A stretch of DNA of 64,000 nucleotides, from positions 13,578,001 to 13,642,000 of the forward strand of contig OX597820.1 of the NCBI GenBank assembly GCA_951406725.2, given 5' to 3'. The position numbers were made by a program, and so were the translations under genes. Source of the stretch: Octopus vulgaris (taxonomy: Eukaryota). Shown in pieces: positions 14,100 through 26,240 of the stretch. The notes below the pieces were generated by a model that saw only the letters and a list, made by a program, of their open reading frames with translations, made no database searches and had not been told where the DNA came from. The stretch's first letter is position 1; each line of letters begins with the position of its first letter.

Positions 14100-15146
14100 A
14101 CTTGACTGTTAGTTATTTTATCGACCTTTAAAGGGTGGAACGCAAAGTCTACCTTGGCAAAATCTACATCTCCGAAATGTTGTTATGATTGCTAACCTAC
14201 ATACAAATGTTGAGAATGTGTAAGAAAGAGATTTATATTTACTGTTCGCGTTTAAAATCCGAAAATGAAACAAGATCCAATGAATCTAGGAGCAAGTGAA
14301 CTGCGTTGGAGAGATTTCCTTTCACATATTTCCAATTCCAAAGTGATGTTCTTGGAAGACGTACAGGTTGTAGTTTCCATTCATGTTAATTTTAGAAATC
14401 ATTATTACCCCAATTTTCTCATTTCCCCAGATGGATACACCGAGTGTATTAACGGGTTTTCTTTCGTTTCAAAGCCGTCTCGGAATGTTTCCTAGATATA
14501 TTGCCATGATATAAATATCATTTTTCAGACTTCTTAATCCCTAATTTTGTTGTATCTCCTGAGGGTCATTATGCCAACAATAATAAACATACGCACGGGT
14601 TCGATTTCACATTATTATTTATTTGTTAATCGGTTAACTATTTAACCTATTTAAATATATTAGTACTTGACAAATAGATAATAAAGAATTGAAATAAGAC
14701 CAGTGTGTGTGTTAATTATAGGGATAATGACCCTCCTGAGATGCAACAAAATATGTTTCAACACACGAGTTCATTACAAGAATCTTGCCAACCAAATACG
14801 AAAATGAAATTAATCCTTAATTTTTTTTTCAATCTTAAGAATTTGTTCTTTGGAATCAAAACGGCCGATAAGACCATTATTCCTGCACGGATGCTTTTCC
14901 TGGGAAAATTCTATGGAGAATTTGGAAATGTAGTAAATTCTTCAATATTTTTACTCGTGTTTATTTATTCATTTCAGCTTTTAAAATATTCATATTATAT
15001 CTTTTACCTTTTACTTGTATGTATTAGTCACTGGAATGCGGCCATTCTGGAGCATCGCCTTCAGGGGTTTAGTCGAACATATTAAACCCACATTCTTTAC
15101 ATTATTTACATTTGACGGATATTTGTCCTCAACTTGTTTGTTGTTA

Positions 15147-15190
15147 ACACAATGTTTTGGCTGATGTACTTTCCAGCCTTCATCAGGTAT
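15147..15190 (-). ncRNA. degenerate minimal hammerhead in a PLE pLTR fragment
   Basis: CUGAUGA-A-GGCUG/CAGCC-AAAACAUU; same family as the intact copy at 40980-41023, with two substitutions in the GAAACGUU segment. Confidence 0.6.
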
Positions 15191-15253
15191 CTTGGGGAAA
15201 TTTCGAACCTGGGTTCTCATTCCTAAGGTATTTTTCGATGTTGTTATTATTAT

Positions 15254-15927
15254 TCATTAGTTATTTTTTTATAGCGTGCTTTCACTTCACTACCGAGCGC
15301 AGCTCTGTATGCCTTGCGTATGTGCTGTGGTTTGCTGTGATGCTCTTATGGTTACTGTATTGAAAGTGTTTCGCGGAGGATGTGTGCAGTGCCTAGTAAT
15401 GCAATTTTCTGTATGTTATATATATTTTAGTCCTGGTGTTTTTGTTATGTATTTGTCTGAATATTTTTTATCATACCTATTGCGCCTACTATGATAGGAA
15501 TTGTTTCTGTTTTTAGATTCCACATTCGAGTTACCTCTATTTCCAGGTCTTTGTAATTTGAAAGTTTCTCCATTTCTTTTAGAGAAACGTTGTCATCTGC
15601 CGGTATTGATACATCAATTAGAAAGCATTTGTTTTTTCTTCATGATCTCTGACAACTATATCTGGGCTATTGGCCTTAATTTCTCTATCTGTATGTATTG
15701 GCATATCCCATGATATGGTTGCTTTCTCGTTTTCTGTGACCTTTTCTGGCGTGTGCTTATACCATCCTTTTTCTGTTGTTATTCCATAGTGTTGGCATAG
15801 CTTCCAGTCTTTGTAGGTCCCCACTCAGTTGTGTATGTGAATATATTCCTTCTTAGCCAGCACTGGGCAGCCAGAGATAATATGATTTATTGTTTCTTGT
15901 CTATCTCCACATATTCTGCAGTTACTT
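15254..15927 (-). mobile_element. R4/Dong-clade non-LTR retrotransposon 3' fragment (CCHC plus restriction-like endonuclease), decayed
   Basis: CRICGDRQETINHIISGC zinc knuckle, WDMPIHTDREIKANSPDIVV (PD..D nuclease motif), with stops and frameshifts. Confidence 0.85.
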
Positions 15928-16392
15928 AGATATGGCTTTCTAGTTAAATGACCCACTAAGGACTCCGTTTCTGGTTTTATTCAGTCGGCAGATCGTGCGA
16001 TGAAGTATCTTGCTATTTAGTGATATTTTTTGACTTTCTGAATTCAAATTCTATCGACATTGACTTAGCTTTTCATCAATAAATTGAGTTCCAGAAATCG
16101 ATTAAAGTGACGTTAGAAACGTAAAACCTCTTACCTAAGCAATAAATCCGGATAAGGGATTAGCAGACTCATTAGAGCGTCGGGGAAAAAGAATTGTTTG
16201 TAGTATTTGTTTCTGGTTGTTTACGTTCTGAGTTCAAATCCTTCCTGATCAACTTTGCCTTTCGAGGTCGTTCAAATAAAACGCCAATCATACATTGAGA
16301 TCGGTGAAATTGACAAACACCCTTCCCTGAAAACGGCAGGCTTTGTACCCAAATCAAAACCCATTATTATCAGTATTGTTGCTGTTGCTGTT

Positions 16393-16733
16393 TGTTGAGC
16401 GAAGCGGTCTTCGTCCCCATAGTAGGAGAAGTCCGAAACGTGGTCCTTTGCTATTCGTAAGACCCGCAGAAGAGAAAGCAGGTCAAGCCCCGACACCGAG
16501 AGCATCGACGGAGGGATGAATGCGCATCCAGGCTCAGCGGTTACGTAGGAAGTTGGGGTCAAGAAACAGGAAGAAAGAGTGAGAGAAAGAGTACAACAGA
16601 GGTCGCCACCATCCCCTGCCGGAGCCTCGTGGAGCTTTTTAGGTGTTTTCGCTCAATAAACACACACAACGCCCGGTCTGGGAATCGAAACCGCGAGTCC
16701 GCTGCCCTAACCATTGGGCCATTGCGCCTCCAC
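16393..16733 (-). mobile_element. SINE family A, tail type 3
   Basis: Family A head and body with an unrelated 170-bp tail; flanking repeat TGCTGTTGCTGTT at 16380-16392 and 16734-16746. Confidence 0.8.
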
Positions 16734-16912
16734 TGCTGTTGCTGTTATTGGTGTTGTTATTGAGGACAGTACATTGACAGAACTGATAGCAAATCGGACA
16801 ATATAACTTGAAGTAAATAGTTCAGTTTCTTTATGATTTGAATTCAAATTCTATGTCAATTTTTACCTTTTAACCTGATTGGCTTATTGTTCCTATCGTA
16901 GGAAACTTTATC

Positions 16913-16973
<61 letters not shown>

Positions 16974-17811
16974 AGACATCGGAGCGACAACCACACGAGA
17001 TTACTTTAGATTTGTAATAAGCCCTCCGGCAAACGGGTCCACAAAGCAACTTTTATTTTCTACAGTTTCTAACAGTAAACAATAGCCTGGAGAAAGATGT
17101 TATACATCGGCCATTTTAACTTTAACTCGCCACTCTACACCAAGTCGAAAACGTTATTGAAAGATAATCTAACGAACAGTTAAAGACTACATTTTTTCTC
17201 CCTTTATATATTTGAATGATTTTCCTTGATAATAGTCCAAAGGAAATTATCGTTAATTTCATTATTATTTTAAATCTCTTCTTAATTGGAGAACGTTTGA
17301 AAGAAATAGCAAAGTGTAAGATTAAAAGATACGTAACAGCAGTTATTGATAATACTCGTCTGCTCTCTGTTCATTTTTCTTTTTTTTTTCTTTTCGGTAG
17401 AGATCCAGGTGAAACGCTGCTAGCAAAACCATGACCTGCACATTACATTGTAAATTTCACGGTTATTCTTTTCTGTTCTCAGACAAAAATACGGTACAAA
17501 GGGGTTGCGTGCTGCTGGTTACACATACAATGCTATTTGATAAATTCTGTACGATGTTATTCAACGACATAGTATCGAGCGTAGACGAATCGCGGCCTGG
17601 TGTGATGTACTCTTGCTTGCGAACAAACAAAATAATGAGCATGTGTGTGCGGTCACCCCGACCAGCTAAAACAAACAGACAAATCATGCCCTCAACAAGC
17701 CGGTGGTGGTCACAGAGGGGTGACCTGAATAGTTTTGGGTCTGTTCGATCGGAGTTAAATCGGGTTTAGACAACAAAAAATAACACAATAGAGACGATTT
17801 AAGAAATCAAA

Positions 17812-17887
17812 ATGGTGGTGGCGGTGATGCTAGTGGTGGTAGCGGCGATAGCGACGGTGGTAGTGATAGCAGTACTGATGGTGGCGC

Positions 17888-17926
<39 letters not shown>

Positions 17927-18078
17927 AAGTAGTAGCAGTAGTAGTAGTAGCGGCAGTAGTAGTAGAAGTAGTGGCAGCAGTAGTAGTAGCGGCAGTAGTA
18001 GTACTAGCAGCAATAGTAGTAGAAGTAGTAGTAGCAGCAGCAGTGGTAGCGGCAGTAGTAGTAGTAGTAGTAGTGGTG

Positions 18079-18115
<37 letters not shown>

Positions 18116-18215
18116 AAGTAGTAGCAGTAGTAGTAGCGGCTGTAGTAGTAGAAGTAGTAGCAACAGTAGTAGCGGCAGTAGTAGTAGTAGTAGCAGCAGT
18201 AGTAGTAGTAGTAGT

Positions 18216-18274
<59 letters not shown>

Positions 18275-18353
18275 CAGTAGTAGTAGTAGTAGTAGGGGGG
18301 TTGTGGGGGTAGCAGTAGTAGTAGTAGTAGTAGTGGGGGGTTGTGGGGGTAGC

Positions 18354-18389
<36 letters not shown>

Positions 18390-18470
18390 TGTAGTAGTAG
18401 TAGTAGTAGTAGTGGTAGTGGTGGTGGGGGGTTGTGGTGGTAGCCGTAGCAGTAGTAGTAGTTTTAGTAG
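17812..18470. repeat. (GTA)n/(GCA)n/(GTG)n trinucleotide microsatellite
   Basis: Direct inspection. Confidence 0.9.
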
Positions 18471-18781
18471 TTATTGTTGCCGTTGTTTCTGTGTAGCAGC
18501 CATCAGTGTGAGCGCCCTGTAATCATGTATGAAAAATCCTTCGGCGGCGCGCGTTGGCAGGTTCCGAGTTGCCGCACGGACCAAAATGCTTAGCAGCATT
18601 TCTTCCGGTTCTTTACATTCTGATTCCAAGTTCTGCCAACGACGACTTTACCGTTCATCCTTCCAGAGTCAATAAAACAAGGAGTACCACTCAAGCACTG
18701 ACCACTAATCAACATACCCACGATCCCAAAATTTCTTGAACCAAACTTTAAATCCATCGCCGACATAGCAACGCGCTGACA

Positions 18782-19182
18782 TCTTTATATATAAAAGTGA
18801 AGTTGTGTGAGTGTCCGTCTCCTACGATTTAGATTCCTAACTACTCCCACATTTTGCGGTGCAGTTTAACCAAAACCGGGTATCTTATAGTCGTGATTCA
18901 TATCGAGCCCTTCTGGGTATTAGCGTGCGTCTACGATGAGTCTACGATTTTTAAAAAAATTTACCATAATTGTTTTCCATTTTAATGCATTTTTTCGCTA
19001 TTATATAAGGGAAGTAACTCTCTAAAAATGTCTACGATGAGTCAACGACTTTTAAAAAATTTTACCATCAATTTTTTCCATTTTTAATGCATTTTTTTGC
19101 TATTTTTTGGCTGTAACTCTCTAAAAATGCTTATATAGTTATTTCCCTTACAAACCCGAGCAACACCGGGTGATACTGCTAG
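18782..19182 (+). mobile_element. non-autonomous Helitron
   Basis: A|TC start, subterminal hairpin CCCG-AGCAACAC-CGGG, CTAG|T end, no TSD, internal ~100-bp tandem duplication. Confidence 0.85.
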
Positions 19183-19392
19183 TAATCCATAAATAAAAGC
19201 GAAACACAGCACGGAACTGACTTGACAGTTGAACCTATTATAGAGGTGGAGGCAGATAATATATCTACAGCCTGAGTTTATATCAGATTTTATTTTTTTA
19301 AGAAATAAAGGTTACCCTCATGTATTTAGAACAAGTTTCAAGTGCATTGGCTCTTCCATCTGGGAGTTAAGAAGATTTTTCCAAGCCATTTT

Positions 19393-19886
19393 GGCGTCGC
19401 TCATTTGGCGTCGCTTATTTGGTATCATTTATTCAGCGTGATATCTTTGGCGTCGCTTAATTGGCATCGTTTATTTGGTATCGCTCATCTAGCGTCACTC
19501 ATTTGGCGTTGCTTATTTGGCGTCGCTTATTTGCGTCGCTTATTTCGCGTCGCATTTGGCGTCGCTCATTTGGCGTCGCTTATTTGACGTCACTTATTTG
19601 GCGTCGTTTATTTAACGTCAGTTATTTGGTGTCGCTTATTTGGCGTTGCTTAATTGGGGTGGTTTATTTGGCTTCACTTATTTGGCACCGTTTATTTGGG
19701 GTGGTTTATTTGACGTCGCTTATTTGGCGTCGTTTATTCGGCGTCGCTCATTTGGCGTCGCTTATTTGGCGTCGGTTATTTGGCGTCGCTTATATGGCGT
19801 CGGTTATTCGGCGTCGCTTATTTGGCGTCGTTTATTTGTCGTCGTTTATTTGGTGTCGCTTATTCGGCGTCACTGATTCGGCGATG
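19393..19886. repeat. CpG-rich 14-bp minisatellite (GGCGTCGCTTATTT)n, about 35 units
   Basis: Direct inspection. Confidence 0.9.
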
Positions 19887-20039
19887 ACATTTGATATCAG
19901 ACGTTTTAAGGTTTCTCACGTTTTAATATCTATCCTTATCTCACCCCTTATCTCCCTCCTTCTCTCCCTCCTTCTCTCTCTCTCTCTCTTGCCATGTGTG
20001 TGTGTGTGTGTTTATGAGTGTGAGCACATATTTTTCTTT

Positions 20040-20135
20040 ATGTGCATAAAGAGAAGGAAAATATTTATATCAGTCGTGTTCAATTAATAAATTATAATGT
20101 ATCTCTCCCCCTCTCTCTCTCCCTTCCTCTGTTTA

Positions 20136-20186
<51 letters not shown>

Positions 20187-20742
20187 GCATATTCCTCATT
20201 TGTCTCATGAAGAGAGACAAAGTGATTATGACAATCATTTTCAATTAATAAATTATTGTTTCTTTCTGATTATGCGTGTATCTAATTATTTTTGTATGTG
20301 TAATCTCTCTCTCTCTCACTCTCTTTCTGTCTGTCTGTCTATCTCTCAGTCTGTCTATCTCTCCCCCCTCTCTCTCTCTGCTTATGCATGTGAGAGAATT
20401 ATTTGTCAATCGTTTTCAATTAATAAATTGTAATGTCTTCTCACTCTTTCTCTTTCTCTCTCATTTTCTCTCTCACTTTCTCTCTCATTTTCTCTCTCAC
20501 TTTCTCTCCTTCACTTTCTCCCCTTTCTCTCACTCTCTCTCGCTCTTTCTCTCTCTCTATCTCCCTCCCTCTCTATATCCCTCTCTCTATATCTCCCTCT
20601 CTCTCTATCTCTCTCTCTGGATATATTTCTCTTTACATGTAAAAGAAGGAAAGTGTTAACTTCAATTGAGTTCAATAAATTGTAATGTCTCTCTTACTCT
20701 TTCTCTATCACACACTCCCTCTCTTTGCCTTCTTTCTATCTT

Positions 20743-20786
<44 letters not shown>

Positions 20787-20920
20787 ACCTTCTCCCTTTT
20801 TCTCTGTCGCTCTCTCTCTCCCTCTCTATAAGCATATCTCTCTCTCTTTATGTGAATGAGGAGAGGGAAAGTGTTTATGTCAGTTGTTCAACTCATCAAT
20901 TTTAATGTCTTTCTCTCTTC
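20040..20920. repeat. degenerate ~60-bp motif repeated five times between (CT)n tracts
   Basis: TTCAATTAATAAATT(G/A)TAATGT-like core at about 20079, 20241, 20415, 20672 and 20888. Confidence 0.65.
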
Positions 20921-21846
20921 CTCTCCCTCTCTATAACTTTATTGCCCATATTCTTGCACGCGCAAGCGTGTGTGTGTGTGTGTGTTTGCCTCAAGTGCCA
21001 AAAATTACTGTCACCAAAACAGGTCCAGTGTCCGGTCAACCCCACCAAATCGCCAGTGTCCAAACAGCCGCGCTCAATCTCCCTATTCTGTCCCATTTAG
21101 CCCTTTAGAATAGTCACTAAAGAAAAGAAGAAGAAGAAGAAGAAGAAAAGAAGGAAGAGAAGAAAAAGAAGAAAAGGAGGAGGAGAAGAAGAAGAAGAAA
21201 AGGAGGAGAAGAAGAAGAAGAAGAAGGAATTTAATCTTGATCCTCTAAGTCCCGAGTTCAAATCGCACAAGAGACTGTTTTGTCTTCAACCTCCGTCTGG
21301 GTTGAGGCGTAGCCAATAAAATACATTCCGTCTGGTTCAATCTATCGCTCTCCCCTCCTCCTCCTCCTCCACTTCCTCTTTCTCCTCCTCCTCCTCCTTC
21401 TCTTCCCACGACGCGATCTATTTACTGCACTCTCCGTCCTCATCTCTTGGCGTTGTGCCTATCCGAGAAATCGTTATTTTTTACTGCAACTCTTTGTTCG
21501 TCTGATTTGGCATCGCGCCTCAAATCTAAAAGAAATACTTAGTACAAGCGTTACTGGTTATCTTCGCGCTAACGATGCTGGTTTACATAGTTTTTGCTTC
21601 CTTTCTTTGCATGTGTGTGCGTGTGTGTATGTCTGTGTGTGTGTGTCTGTAGGTTATTGAACCAAATACATATATATATATCACCGCAGAATGATTCTTA
21701 TAATATATTGCATAAAACATTAAAAAACAAAGCAGTCCGTGTATTGAAATCACTGATTTTCTTTATGTCCTAGATTTAATTGTATGTTTTTGTTTTTTCC
21801 TGTTATTGTTTATATGGGATATTAATGGTGTTATTATCGTCTATAA

Positions 21847-22120
21847 GGAGGGCGCGTGGCCCAGTTGTTAGGGTGTTGCCCTCACAATCGCGAAATGGTA
21901 GTTTCGATTCCTCGACCGGGTGACGCGTTGTGTTCTCGGGCAAAACACTTCATCTTCACCACTTCGACTCCTGACGCGTGGTACACTGTAAACCTGTTCA
22001 GACAACGTCGATTTGATGGAGAGCGAATGAGCTTAATATACGGCACGGGCAATTTAATCACTATAAACAAGTCGTTTGTGCAGGTCGTTCGGCGAACGGT
22101 CATACGTCATCTTCAACGGG
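21847..22120 (+). mobile_element. tRNA-derived SINE family D
   Basis: tRNA-like head; body ACCTGTTCAGA..CGATTTGATGGAGAG shared with 59030-59310. Confidence 0.7.
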
Positions 22121-22283
22121 ATTTCGTCTGCCGCTACATTCTGAGTTCAAATTCCGCCGAGGCCGCCTTTGCCTTTCATCCTTTCGAGGTCGATGAATTA
22201 AGTACTAGTTACATACTGAAGTCGATCTAATCGACTGGTCCCCCTTCCACAAAATTTCAGCCCTTGTGACTTTAGTAGAAAGG

Positions 22284-22333
<50 letters not shown>

Positions 22334-22337
<4 letters not shown>

Positions 22338-22745
22338 TAGTTTTATTTTTATAGCGTGCTTTCACTTCACTACCGTGTGCCTTGGGTATGTGCTGTGATT
22401 TGTTGTGATGCTCTGATGGTTATTGTATGGAAAGTGTTCTGCGTAGGATGTGTGCAGTGCCTAGTAGTGCAATTTTCTGTATGTTATATGTGTTTGTAAG
22501 TCCTGGTGTTTTTGTTATGTATTTGTCTGAATATTTTTTTATCATGCCTAATGCACCTACTATGATAGGAATTGTTTCTGTTTTCAGATTCCACATTCTA
22601 GTTACCTCTATTTCCAGGTCTTTGTATTTTGAGAGTTTCTCCATTTCTTTTAGAGACACGTTGTCATCAGCCGGTATTGATACATCAATTAGAAAGCATT
22701 TTTTTCTTCATGATCTCTGACAACTATATCTGGTCTGTTGGCCTA
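22334..22745 (-). mobile_element. R4/Dong LINE 3' end inserted in (TAA)n
   Basis: ORF 22420-22659 EKLSKYKDLEIEVTRMW...PIIVGALG...IQKIALLGTAHILR; flanked on both sides by (ATT)n. Confidence 0.85.
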
Positions 22746-22764
22746 TTATCATTATTATTATTAC

Positions 22765-22856
<92 letters not shown>

Positions 22857-22857
<1 letters not shown>

Positions 22858-23075
22858 AGCGGCGAGCTGGCAGAAACGTCAGCACGCCGGGCGAAATATT
22901 TAGCAGTATTTCGTCTGCCGTTACGTTCTGAGTTCAAATTCCGCCGAGGTCAACTTTGCCTTTCATCCTTTCGGGGTCAATAAATTAAGTACCAATTATG
23001 CCCTGGGGTCAATGTAATCGACTATCCCTTCCCCAAACTTTCAGGCCTTGTGCCTATAATAGAAAGGATTATTAT
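22857..23075 (+). mobile_element. SINE family C
   Basis: Family C head and GGTC(G/A)ACTTTGCCTTTCATCCTTTCGGGGTC domain. Confidence 0.8.
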
Positions 23076-23509
23076 TATCGTTGTTGTTGTTTTTATCTCT
23101 CAGAGTACTCGAGCTTGTTTGTTCTGGTAGATTTTGTTAGAACGGACAGCTGTCAGTGGTCTCAAAACGTCTCTTTCCGCACATTATAATTTTTGATACT
23201 TGGTTGTTAATTATCGTGGGAGTCATTCGACATCCAAGATACCAATCTCAAAATCCTAGCTGTCACCAGCAGCACAGTTTTTTGAGCTTGTTCTGCTCTC
23301 ATGTCAATTCCGATTTCTCTGACATATTTCTCGAACTAGGTTGTTAGTGTTCCGATATCCCCTACAACCACTACTATTCTTCTTCTTCTTCTTCTTCTTC
23401 TTCTTCTTCTTCTTCTTCTTCTTCTTCTTCTTCTTCTTCTTCTCATTATTATTATTGTTGTTGATGCTGCTGCTGCTGTTGTTGTTGTTGTTGTTGTTGT
23501 TGTTGTAAA

Positions 23510-23678
23510 TAAGGCGGCGAGCTGGCAGAGTCGTTAGCACGCCGGGTGAATTGCTTACAGGTATTTCGTCTGTCTTTACGTTCTGAGTTCAAATTCCACC
23601 GAGGTCGACTTTGCCTTTCATCCTTTCGAGATCGATAAATTAAGTACCAGTTACGCACTGGTTGTGCCTAGAGTAGAA

Positions 23679-23680
<2 letters not shown>
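23510..23680 (+). mobile_element. SINE family C
   Basis: Same family C head and central domain. Confidence 0.8.
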
Positions 23681-23737
<57 letters not shown>

Positions 23738-24081
23738 TACTGAGTGAGAGAGCAGTGCATGCCATGAAATATACGAAGTGTATATGAGATACAAATATAC
23801 AAAGCCCAGTATACTACCCATCTGATAAGGCTTTGATGCTCCCCCACTACTTCTGCCCATGATCAAAGGTGCGCATATCATCAGCCACTAAAGGACCTGC
23901 TCAACTGGTTAAGGTCAAACAACTGACTAGCAAATTTGTGGTACTGAGTAGAATATTTTCAGGATCCCATCTTTTACACCAAGACAAAACAATGTATATG
24001 TTAACACTTCCCATCAGTTAAGATCAGAAGCCATGAGAGCTAATGCCTTGTATCATATCAGAGCTTTTGTCATTAAAATTA

Positions 24082-24122
<41 letters not shown>

Positions 24123-24147
24123 TATCAACATCATCATCATTATCATT

Positions 24148-24179
<32 letters not shown>

Positions 24180-24181
24180 CA

Positions 24182-24223
<42 letters not shown>

Positions 24224-24225
24224 TA

Positions 24226-24350
24226 ATTCAGTAGTCTTATTTTTGCAACGTGCTTTCACTGCACTACTGAGCGCAGCCCTGTGTGCCTTGGGTATGTGCT
24301 GTGGTTTGTTGTGGCCTTCTTATTTTCACTGTATTGAAAGTGTTTTACAT
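24226..24350 (-). mobile_element. R4/Dong LINE extreme 3' end
   Basis: Matches 22334-22440; adjacent to (ATT)n. Confidence 0.7.
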
Positions 24351-24729
24351 GGCAATGTGATGGATGTTTTCACTTAGTTTTCTTCTTTTTTTCTTATCGT
24401 TCCAGAACAGGATTTTCACACTAATTTTCTTCAGCGAATGAAATTGCTTGTAGCTATTGCTACACGATTGCATTATAAAAGTTAAAACGTGTTATCTGTT
24501 AGATTGCAAGAAACAACGGAATGATAAACGTGATTTCTTTATTGGAGAGAATAAAAGCCAAAAATAAGCTGCCACCCATTTGACTTTTTTCATCAATTTG
24601 TCAGCCAGAAGATACACTTTTCATAATGTTCAGAGACTTTCGATTAGTGGAGAGATTGAAACAGCTGTTTCAGATGAGTCAGCCTTTATAGGTGGGGAGA
24701 AAGCGTGTGGGAAAGTAATTCGAGGCCTG

Positions 24730-25270
24730 ATAGGAAAGATCGGAGATATGGGTTAGTATGACCTCTTGTTCAGTGTGAAAGTTTTAAGAGAAATTTTTAT
24801 CGTATACCAAATTTTATTAATCTGTATCTCATATACGGGCGAAAAAAACAGTTGTACTATATAGTGGAGCTTTACTTCCATTAAAATTCTCGTATTATAC
24901 ATACATTCATACACATAGCAAGTTTTATTCTAGTAGGTTTCAAGTTTATAACACATTAATATCTCTTTTCCCATTTTTTTATGCCTAAGATATTTATTTA
25001 TTTTGTATTCTGGTTTTTATATACCTGTTCATTTTAATACTTTATATCTATAATTTATTTTAAAGGAAACGTAAAAGGGATTTTGTCCAGTTCTGACAAA
25101 ATCTTATTACGATCCTTGCACGAAGAAAAGAAGAAATGACCTCAGGACATTTTTGTCGGGTATGCTTTCGTATTTGTAATGGATGGTGACATGTGCGCTA
25201 GTTTTGCGACAGCTGAAGAAGTGCGACGAATTATTGTATCTTTTAGAGGGAAGCTTGAAGGCCCGAATGT
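24730..25270 (+). pseudogene. possible highly decayed piggyBac transposase C-terminus
   Basis: GDMG*YDLL..LR..YQILL..NS resembles the MGGVD..DQ..NSYI region; EEKKK*PQ then CRVCF..HVR*FCD resembles the Cys-rich domain; many stops. Confidence 0.3.
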
Positions 25271-26030
25271 AAGCGATGATATTATTATGTAGAGTTCCAT
25301 ATTTAAGATTATTATGCAGAGTTCTATATATTAAGATTATAAGACGGAAACTGAAAGAAGCCCGTCATATATAAAAATGTTTGTATGCGTTTGTGTGACT
25401 CGGTTTGTTCCCCCGCCATCGCTTGACAACTGATGTTTGTGTGTTTACGTCCCCGTAATATAGATTTTCGGCAAAAGAGACCGACAGAATAAGTCCGGGG
25501 GTCGATTTCTTCGACTAAAGGTGGTGCTCCAGTATGGCCGCAGTCAAATGACTGAAACAAGTAAAAGAATAAAAGAATACCTAAAAATATTCACCTGTTG
25601 TGCCGTCCAGTGTTATTCACCAATAAAATGTCTTTCTTTTCTTACAAATATCATGGCTAAAAAAACACCTTGGTACTCCGTCGGTTGCGACGACGAGGGT
25701 TCCAGTTTATCCGAGCAACAGAACAGTTTTCTCGTGAAATTAACGTGCAAGTGGCTGAGTACTCCACAGACACGTGTACCCTTAACGTAGTTCTCAGGGC
25801 GACTCATGGTGACAGAATGTGACAAGGCTGGCCCTTTGAATTACCGGTGTTACTTATATACAGGTATTGTATATACTAGGTACTTTAATCTTACATTATG
25901 TCTGAAGAAAAAGCCAGTGGGTCACGGCTGGAATGCCTTTGATCGTAGATCTGCTCGATATGGGCTGGCGTGAGGCTAAAGAACAACAGCAATTTTTGTG
26001 ATTTCTAAAAGAATTAAGATAGAATATTCT

Positions 26031-26240
26031 GTTGTGTCTGGGGAGAATCATTTTCTTTTTGTGCCTTATTTTAGGTAAGATTTTAGGAAAATAAAAATAA
26101 GAAAAAAGTGGAAATTTTACCGGTGAGTGTGTTATATTATAAGGCACAAAAAGAAAATGACTCTCCCCAGACACAGCAGAATATGCTTCAACACATGAAC
26201 TCATATAAAGAATCTTGCAAACCAAATCCAAAAACGAAAT
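26031..26240. mobile_element. PLE-like pLTR fragment with short inverted duplication (family of 60931-61290)
   Basis: Shares GTGGAAATTTTACCGGTGAGTGTG..GACTCTCCCCAGACAC..CTTCAACAC with 61140-61290; 26031-26070 is inverted relative to 26140-26176. Confidence 0.65.

Noticed and set aside
16400-16450. GTCCGAAACGTGGTC as a possible hammerhead
   Set aside because: No upstream CUGAnGA core or stem I
19461-20087. 208-aa ORF with LASLIWRRLFGV repeats
   Set aside because: Product of the 14-bp minisatellite; the unit length is not a multiple of 3 and the same peptide appears in several frames
24658-24672. Palindrome GAAACAGCTGTTTC (and the half site at about 34545-34562) as HHRs
   Set aside because: Only the 3' half is present with no matching 5' core, so not counted as ribozymes
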